NCBI GenBank assembly: GCA_031272155.1
Contig: JAISUI010000103.1
Location: forward strand, 71 to 64,070
Direction: 5' to 3'
DNA: 64,000 bases
Origin: Tannerella sp.
GTDB lineage: Bacteria > Bacteroidota > Bacteroidia > Bacteroidales > Tannerellaceae
The notes beneath the pieces are model-generated. The model was not told where the DNA came from. It ran no database searches and was given only the letters and a program-made list of their open reading frames with translations. A program made the position numbers and the translations under genes. Shown in pieces: positions 57,475-64,000 of the stretch. Positions within the stretch are counted from its first letter, which is position 1, and each line of letters starts with the position of its first letter.

Positions 57475-58311
57475 ATGAGTTTTAAGTCATTAAATATAAA
57501 GGGACGTCTGCGGCCGCTTCACGAGCCGTTAGTAATGGGCATTCTGAACGTGACGCCGGATTCGTTTTACGAAAAAAGCCGGAAGCAGACCGAACAGGAA
57601 ATAGACGATCGAATCGCTACAATTTTGGAAGAAGGCGGTGAAATCGTTGATCTTGGTGGCTGTTCAACACGTCCGGATGCTGCTGAAATATCCGCCGAAG
57701 AGGAGATGCGGCGGCTCGTTCCGGCATTGCAATTATTACAGGCGCACTATCCGGATGTTGCTGTTTCATTAGACACTTTCCGGGCGGATGTAGCGCAACG
57801 GGCGGTGGAAGAATACGGCGTAGCCATCATCAATGACATTTCGGGCGGCATGGACGAACGGATGTTCGAGACAGTTGCGCAACTGCAAACGCCTTATGTC
57901 CTGATGCACATCCGGGGCACGTATCGGACGATGCAGCAGCATACGGATTATTCGGACATGATGGAAGAAATTATGTTGTATTTTGCTGAAAAACTGCGTG
58001 TTTTGCGATTGATGGGTGTAAATGACATCATCCTTGATCCGGGGTTCGGATTCAGCAAGACAGTGGATCAGAACTATGAATTGATGCGGAGTTTGCCTGA
58101 ATTTGCTTTGTTTGAACTGCCGCTATTAGTCGGCGTTTCACGCAAGAGTATGATATACAAATTTTTAGACAGCACACCGGACGAAACGCTGAATGCTACG
58201 ACTGCCTTACATGCGTATGCGCTGCTGAACGGTGCAGACATTCTGCGCGTGCACGACGTCCGGGCGGCCGTTGAAGTTGTAAAGATTATTAATAAATTAA
58301 AAACTAAATAG
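57475..58311 (+). CDS. folP: Dihydropteroate synthase
   Basis: MGILNVTPDSF, STRP, INDISGG, DPGFGF, SRKS, RVHDV. Confidence 0.97.
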   Translation: MSFKSLNIKGRLRPLHEPLVMGILNVTPDSFYEKSRKQTEQEIDDRIATILEEGGEIVDLGGCSTRPDAAEISAEEEMRRLVPALQLLQAHYPDVAVSLDTFRADVAQRAVEEYGVAIINDISGGMDERMFETVAQLQTPYVLMHIRGTYRTMQQHTDYSDMMEEIMLYFAEKLRVLRLMGVNDIILDPGFGFSKTVDQNYELMRSLPEFALFELPLLVGVSRKSMIYKFLDSTPDETLNATTALHAYALLNGADILRVHDVRAAVEVVKIINKLKTK

Positions 58312-58313
58312 TT

Positions 58314-59093
58314 ATGCACATTCCATTTGGGATTAAAGATGTTTTGGACATTTTAATTGTCGCGTTTTGCCTGTATCAGATTTACAAACTGATGAAGAGT
58401 TCGGGCACACTCACTGTTTTTGGCGGCATCGTGTCGGTCATCGTTGTATGGATATTAGTTTCGCAAGTGCTGGAAATGAAGTTGATGGGCGCAATTTTAG
58501 ACAAATTCATCAGCGTCGGTTTTATCGTAATTGTGATTCTGTTTCAGGACGATATCCGTCGTTTTTTGGTTGCCTTAGGCTCTAACCGGGGATGGAAATT
58601 TTTTGTCAAACTGTTTTCCCACAAGGAAAACAAACCCGATGAGAAATACATTATCCCCATTGTACAGGCATGTATGGACATGTCGCGAACAAAAACCGGC
58701 GCCCTGATTGTCATCCAGAAAGAGATGGATTTGGCAGCCTATATCCGCACCGGCGAAATGTTGAACGCAGAAATAAATGCCCGTTTAATTGAAAATATAT
58801 TCTTCAAAAACAGTCCGTTACACGATGGAGCCATGATTATCAGCGGGAACAGTATTCGAGCGGCAGGCTGTATTCTGCCTGTAGCGCATGACGGGCATAT
58901 CCCCAAAGAAATGGGACTGCGCCACCGTGCGGGGATTGGTATGTCCAAAGTCACCGATGCAATCGTTATCATTGTTTCGGAAGAGCGGGGTCTTATTTCA
59001 CTGGCTCACAACGGAAAGATACTCAAAGCGCTCTCGCCTGAAGACCTCCAGCATATTTTATTGGGCGAAAAAGAAGTGACGAATTTTCGTTAA
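58314..59093 (+). CDS. dacA: Diadenylate cyclase (CdaA/DacA)
   Basis: Three N-terminal TMs, LHDGA, GLRHRAG, VSEERG. Confidence 0.93.
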   Translation: MHIPFGIKDVLDILIVAFCLYQIYKLMKSSGTLTVFGGIVSVIVVWILVSQVLEMKLMGAILDKFISVGFIVIVILFQDDIRRFLVALGSNRGWKFFVKLFSHKENKPDEKYIIPIVQACMDMSRTKTGALIVIQKEMDLAAYIRTGEMLNAEINARLIENIFFKNSPLHDGAMIISGNSIRAAGCILPVAHDGHIPKEMGLRHRAGIGMSKVTDAIVIIVSEERGLISLAHNGKILKALSPEDLQHILLGEKEVTNFR

Positions 59094-59257
59094 ATTTCAC
59101 GAAATTATAAAACGGAGCACAAAAAAAACCGGTAATTTTGCAAACTCTGTGTTACAATTTTAATACTTTTGTGCCGTCAATCAGAACGTGAAGCCGGACG
59201 GACTGCACGATCACCTGAAGATATACGAAACATAAAATATAGGAGAATTATTTAGAT

Positions 59258-60274
59258 ATGAAAGATTTAATGCAAGACATTATCGAACGTGCGAAAGCAA
59301 ACAAACAACGCATTGTGCTTCCCGAAGGAACGGAAGAACGGACATTAAAAGCAGCCGACAGGTTGATTGCTGACGGAGTGGCAAGCATCATCCTGATAGG
59401 CAAACCCTCTGAAATCAATTCATTGGCCAATTCATACGGATTGAAAAACATAGCAGACGCTACCTTGATAGATCCGGCTGACCATCCTAAAAAACAGGCC
59501 TATGCCGATTTGCTGTTTCAGTTGCGCCAAGCCAAGGGAATGACGCCAGAAAAGGCTGCCGCATTAGTGGAAGATCCGTTGTTCTTAGCTTGCCTGATGA
59601 TTAAGGCGGGCGATGCGGATGGCGAGATAGCCGGCGCACGAAATACTACGGGCAACGTACTGCGTCCTGCCCTGCAAATCATTAAGACCGTACCGGGTAT
59701 ATCCTGTGTATCAGGCGCATTCCTGATGTTTCTGAAAGACGGGAAGTATGGCGAAGACGGCATATTAGTATTTGCCGATTGCGCCGTATTGCCGGTGCCG
59801 ACAGCTTCGGAACTGGCACAAATCGCTATTTCAACGGCACATACGATGCGGACATTGGTCGGCGCTGAGCCGCGCGTGGCGATGCTGAGTTTCTCGACCA
59901 AAGGCAGCGCGTCTCATGAGATGGTGGATAAAGTGGCTGAAGCCACGAAAATAGCTCGGGAAATGGAACCCTCTCTCACGATTGACGGTGAACTCCAGGC
60001 CGATGCCGCCTTGGTTGAAAGTGTCGCCCTGAAAAAGGCGCCCGGCAGTCCTGTGGCCGGCAAAGCCAATGTGCTTGTATTCCCTACCCTCGAAGCAGGA
60101 AACATCGGTTATAAGTTAGTGCAGCGCCTGGCCGGCGCTGAAGCCATAGGCCCTATCCTGCAAGGAATGGCGGCTCCGGTAAATGACTTGTCAAGAGGCT
60201 GTTCGGTGGACGACGTCTATAAAATGGTGGCTATCGCATCCAACCAGGCTATTGGATTAAAAAATAAGAAATAA
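59258..60274 (+). CDS. pta: Phosphate acetyltransferase
   Basis: IVLPEG, FADCA, MLSFSTKGS, DGELQADAA, GNIGYK, PVNDLSRG. Confidence 0.97.
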   Translation: MKDLMQDIIERAKANKQRIVLPEGTEERTLKAADRLIADGVASIILIGKPSEINSLANSYGLKNIADATLIDPADHPKKQAYADLLFQLRQAKGMTPEKAAALVEDPLFLACLMIKAGDADGEIAGARNTTGNVLRPALQIIKTVPGISCVSGAFLMFLKDGKYGEDGILVFADCAVLPVPTASELAQIAISTAHTMRTLVGAEPRVAMLSFSTKGSASHEMVDKVAEATKIAREMEPSLTIDGELQADAALVESVALKKAPGSPVAGKANVLVFPTLEAGNIGYKLVQRLAGAEAIGPILQGMAAPVNDLSRGCSVDDVYKMVAIASNQAIGLKNKK

Positions 60275-60296
60275 TCATATATAAAACTATCAAATT

Positions 60297-61496
60297 GTGA
60301 AAATATTAGTATTAAACTGCGGAAGCAGTTCCATTAAATACAAACTCTTTGACATGGCATCGGGCGATGTGATGGCGCAGGGGGGAATTGAAAGAATTGG
60401 TTTACAGGGAACTTTGTTGAAACTGACTGCCCCGGACGGAAACAAAGTCGTTCTGGAAAAGGACATTGCCGGCCACGAACAGGGCATAGCATTCATCCTC
60501 CAGATTTTGACGGATGCGAAATATGGCTGTATAAATGACTATGATGAGATAGACGCCGTAGGGCACCGGTTAGTGCATGGCGGCGAGAAATTCGCTTCAA
60601 GCGTTCGGATTGATGATGAGGTCATTGCAAAAGTCGTCGAATGTTCGGAACTGGCGCCGTTACATAATCCTGCCAACCTTGAAGGCATTTATGCCATTCA
60701 GAAAATACTGTCCGCCACACCGCAAGTGGCCGTTTTCGACACAGCTTTCCACCAGACCATGCCCGACTATGCTTATATGTATGGACTGCCTTACGAAATC
60801 TATACAAAATACGGGGTGCGCCGGTACGGTTTTCACGGCACAAGCCATCGCTACGTATCGCAACGTGCGTGCAAACTGCTGGACGTAGATTATGAAAAAC
60901 AGCGCATTATCACAGCGCATGTTGGTAATGGCGGTTCTGTCACAGCCATTAAAAACGGGAAATCCGTAGATACGTCCATGGGACTGACGCCGGTGGAAGG
61001 TCTGTTGATGGGCACCCGTTGCGGCGATATGGATCCGGGAGCAGTGGCTTTCATCATGAACAAGGAAGCGTTGAATACGGATCAATGGTCGGATTTAATC
61101 AATAAACGCAGTGGCGTATTAGGCGTTTCGGACGTTTCGTCGGACATGCGCGAATTGGAAAGCGCTGTAAAAGAAGGTAATCCACGAGCAATACTGGCTA
61201 TGAAGATGTATAATTACCGCATCAGGAAATACATCGGAGCGTATGCCGCTGCGCTGGGTGGATTGGATATCCTCGTATTCACCGGCGGCGTAGGCGAAAA
61301 CCAGTGTTCGATGCGTTCGGAAGTATGTCGCAATATGGAATACATGGGCATCCGGCTGGACGAAAGCAAAAATGACGGTATGCGCGGACAAGAAATGGTC
61401 ATTAGCGCTCCGGACAGTCGCGTCACTGTCATGGTTGTCCCTACCGACGAGGAATATATGATTGCATCGGACACGGAAGCGATTCTGACAAAGTGA
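60297..61496 (+). CDS. ackA: Acetate kinase
   Basis: LNCGSSSIK, GHRLVHGG, APLHN, RYGFHGTSH, FTGGVGEN, TDEE. Confidence 0.98.
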   Translation: MKILVLNCGSSSIKYKLFDMASGDVMAQGGIERIGLQGTLLKLTAPDGNKVVLEKDIAGHEQGIAFILQILTDAKYGCINDYDEIDAVGHRLVHGGEKFASSVRIDDEVIAKVVECSELAPLHNPANLEGIYAIQKILSATPQVAVFDTAFHQTMPDYAYMYGLPYEIYTKYGVRRYGFHGTSHRYVSQRACKLLDVDYEKQRIITAHVGNGGSVTAIKNGKSVDTSMGLTPVEGLLMGTRCGDMDPGAVAFIMNKEALNTDQWSDLINKRSGVLGVSDVSSDMRELESAVKEGNPRAILAMKMYNYRIRKYIGAYAAALGGLDILVFTGGVGENQCSMRSEVCRNMEYMGIRLDESKNDGMRGQEMVISAPDSRVTVMVVPTDEEYMIASDTEAILTK

Positions 61497-61606
61497 TTTT
61501 AACTCAAGAAAAAATATTCTGCAACTATAACGATTTGGTGTTTTGAAAAAAATCATGTACATTTGCATTTCTTGAACAAGAGAATTTTATTTATAAATTG
61601 AATAAT

Positions 61607-62617
61607 ATGGAAGAAACAGAAAAAACGGCTGTTAATGCCGACAAACTGAAGGCATTACGCGCCACAATGGAGAAAATTGAAAAGAGCTACGGCAAAGGCT
61701 CTATCATGAAATTGGGAGACGAAACGATCGAAGACATTGACGTAATACCCTCCGGATCAATAGGTTTAAATGCGGCATTAGGCGTAGGCGGTTATCCGCG
61801 GGGACGTATTGTTGAGATTTATGGACCCGAATCATCAGGTAAAACAACGCTCGCTATTCATGCTATCGCCGAAGCGCAAAAGATGGGCGGTATCGCCGCA
61901 TTTATTGACGCCGAACATGCTTTTGACCGTTTCTATGCCGAAAAACTCGGTGTGGACGTTGAAAATTTGTGGATTTCGCAGCCCGATAACGGCGAACAGG
62001 CGCTTGAAATAGCTGAACAGCTTATCCGTTCGTCGGCCGTTGACGTTGTCGTGATTGACTCCGTCGCCGCGCTCACGCCAAAGGCTGAGATTGAAGGCGA
62101 TATGGGCGATAGCAAAATGGGATTGCATGCGCGACTGATGTCGCAGGCGCTACGTAAACTGACGGCTACCATCAGCAAAACAAACACCACCTGTATATTT
62201 ATCAATCAGTTGCGCGAGAAAATCGGCATCATGTTCGGTAATCCTGAAACGACCACCGGTGGTAATGCGCTGAAATTCTACGCTTCCGTGCGTCTTGATA
62301 TCCGTAGCATCGGTAAACTGAAAGAGGGCGAAGACGTGAAAGGCAATCAGGTGCGCGTTAAAGTGGTGAAGAACAAAGTTGCGCCGCCATTCCGCAAGGC
62401 CGAATTTGATTTGATGTTCGGTGAAGGCATCTCTCGTTCGGGCGAAATCATTGACCTTGGCGTTGAACTGAATATCGTCAAGAAAAGTGGCTCATGGTTC
62501 AGCTACAACGACACCAAACTCGGTCAGGGACGCGACGCCGCCAAGCAATGTATCCAGGACAACCCCGAGTTGGCCGAAGAACTGGAAAAGCTTATCTTTG
62601 AAGGATTAAAGAAGTAA
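61607..62617 (+). CDS. recA: Recombinase RecA
   Basis: [34 protein letters not shown]; TACATTTG box at 61558-61565. Confidence 0.99.
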   Translation: MEETEKTAVNADKLKALRATMEKIEKSYGKGSIMKLGDETIEDIDVIPSGSIGLNAALGVGGYPRGRIVEIYGPESSGKTTLAIHAIAEAQKMGGIAAFIDAEHAFDRFYAEKLGVDVENLWISQPDNGEQALEIAEQLIRSSAVDVVVIDSVAALTPKAEIEGDMGDSKMGLHARLMSQALRKLTATISKTNTTCIFINQLREKIGIMFGNPETTTGGNALKFYASVRLDIRSIGKLKEGEDVKGNQVRVKVVKNKVAPPFRKAEFDLMFGEGISRSGEIIDLGVELNIVKKSGSWFSYNDTKLGQGRDAAKQCIQDNPELAEELEKLIFEGLKK

Positions 62618-62768
62618 AGCACTTTGTCATTAATCTTTACATTCAACGACAGAAACGCATCTTTTGCCGCCAAAAGAATGGGACTACAAAAAAAACGCTA
62701 TCTTTGCGGAGATTGCATACTGTTTGTCGGTAATTTCCGTTATTATTAACGGCATAGATTTCAGAAGA

Positions 62769-63728
62769 ATGTCGAAAGAAAAATACAGGGCGCTCTGCCA
62801 AACGGAAGAAAGTATTCCCATCTTTTCGCAGGATTGGTGGTTGGATGTGGTGTGCGGTGAAGCAAATTGGGACGTATTGCTTATTGAAAAGAATGACAGG
62901 ATATTAGCGGCATGGCCGCTGTATATTCCGTTGCGTGGCGTCGTTACCATGCCGCCATACACCCAGACGATGGGCGTGTGGTTTGCTCCGACGTCGGACG
63001 ATACGAAATATCATTCGACGCTCGAAAAGCGGCAAGCGCTCTGTAACCAACTGATTGAAAAGTTAAAAACACGTGTATTCCTACAAAATTTCAATTATGC
63101 GTTTACCGACTGGCTGCCCTTTTATTGGAAAGGCTACAAACAGACTACGCGCTATACATATCTACTTAAAGACCTGAATAACAGAAACGTATTGCGAGAA
63201 AACATGAATCGTCAGATGCGACGAAATATCCGTGACGCACGGAATAAATTCAACATCGAAGTAAAATCAGGCGTTGCGGCAGACAGTTTCATTCAAATTC
63301 AGGATCAAACATTTGAGCGTCAGCGCCTACGGAACAAGCAAGACCCGCACGTATTGCGGCATTTGATTGCAGCATGTCGCGAACGCAAACAGGGCGACAT
63401 TTGGGGTGGATACGACAGCGACGGACAACTCCATGCTGCGGCATTTGTCGTTTGGCAAAAGCGTTCGGCCTACTATATAGCGGGCGGTGGCAACCCATCG
63501 TTCCGTCATTCGGGAGCGCACAGTTTGGTGCTTTGGGAAGCTATCAAACAGGTTTCGCAATATACAGACACATTTGATTTTGAAGGCTCTATGCTGCCCG
63601 GCGTTGAACGGTTTTTCCGCGAATTTGGCGGAGTGCAGACGCCATATTTTGCTGTCAGCAAGGGGAAAATCGGTTTATTGGACAGAGCAATCATTAAACT
63701 TTCCAAAGCATATCGTTGCAAGACTTAA
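62769..63728 (+). CDS. GNAT/FemAB-like acyltransferase
   Basis: IPIFSQDWWLD, TDWLPFYWKGY.QTTRYTY, FDFEGSM..GVERFFREFG; start moved to ATG 62769. Confidence 0.85.
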   Translation: MSKEKYRALCQTEESIPIFSQDWWLDVVCGEANWDVLLIEKNDRILAAWPLYIPLRGVVTMPPYTQTMGVWFAPTSDDTKYHSTLEKRQALCNQLIEKLKTRVFLQNFNYAFTDWLPFYWKGYKQTTRYTYLLKDLNNRNVLRENMNRQMRRNIRDARNKFNIEVKSGVAADSFIQIQDQTFERQRLRNKQDPHVLRHLIAACRERKQGDIWGGYDSDGQLHAAAFVVWQKRSAYYIAGGGNPSFRHSGAHSLVLWEAIKQVSQYTDTFDFEGSMLPGVERFFREFGGVQTPYFAVSKGKIGLLDRAIIKLSKAYRCKT

Positions 63729-63807
63729 TAAAAAAACTTAAATTCCATCCGGCATTACAGATTATTACTACCTTTGCCGCTCGAAACGAATAAAAATGTA
63801 ACGAATA

Positions 63808-64000
63808 ATGTCGTCCGAAACGCTCATAATGGGAGGTTTCCTCCTGATAATCATTGCGATGCTGATGATTGACCTGCTTGTGGTGGGTCGTAATGCGCAT
63901 GTAGTAAAGCCGCGCGAGGCGTTAGTCTGGACAGGCGTCTGGGTCAGTATGGCGCTGTGTTTCTACGTGTTCCTGTATTTTTACGGTCATCTGCTGCATG
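63808..64000 (+). CDS. TerC/Alx family membrane protein, 5' part; runs off window end
   Basis: Manual translation ..MLMIDLLVVGRNAHVVKPREALVWTGVWVSMALCF matches the TerC/Alx N-terminus. Confidence 0.8.
   Translation, partial: MSSETLIMGGFLLIIIAMLMIDLLVVGRNAHVVKPREALVWTGVWVSMALCFYVFLYFYGHLLH

Noticed and set aside
58314-59093. Nucleotide cyclase as a CBASS-like defence gene
   Set aside because: Canonical membrane DacA next to folP in a housekeeping context

Overview
Chromosomal window from a Bacteroidales bacterium, probably Tannerellaceae-like. This is inferred from gene order, protein style and TAnnTTTG promoter boxes. Most of it is housekeeping: metA (partial), an ECF sigma module, rlmD, an mltF-like gene, ftsY-rimO-HU-HU/LysM-moxR-DUF58-batABCDE, gcvP, rsmG, gyrA, rimM-M23-dxr-rseP, holA, mltG, folP, dacA, pta-ackA, recA and three tRNAs. 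The main accessory part is a minus-strand block at about 48.6-53.55 kb. It holds a structured leader plus XRE gene, a low-GC run of small ORFs (Trypco2-like, Zn-ribbon, 2TM, AbiC-like membrane protein), a tRNA minihelix, a frameshifted FGE-sulfatase/CLec lipoprotein whose C-terminus looks like a DGR variable region (no RT or template repeat in the window), and a REP/BIME-like element. Other oddities: a full-length ThiC paralogue lacking its catalytic motifs and Fe-S tail, murA missing from its usual position, a dif-like site beside tRNA-Arg, a lipoprotein Asp/Glu racemase, an orphan sRNA candidate and a DnaB remnant. All family calls come from motif recognition by eye; no database searches were run.
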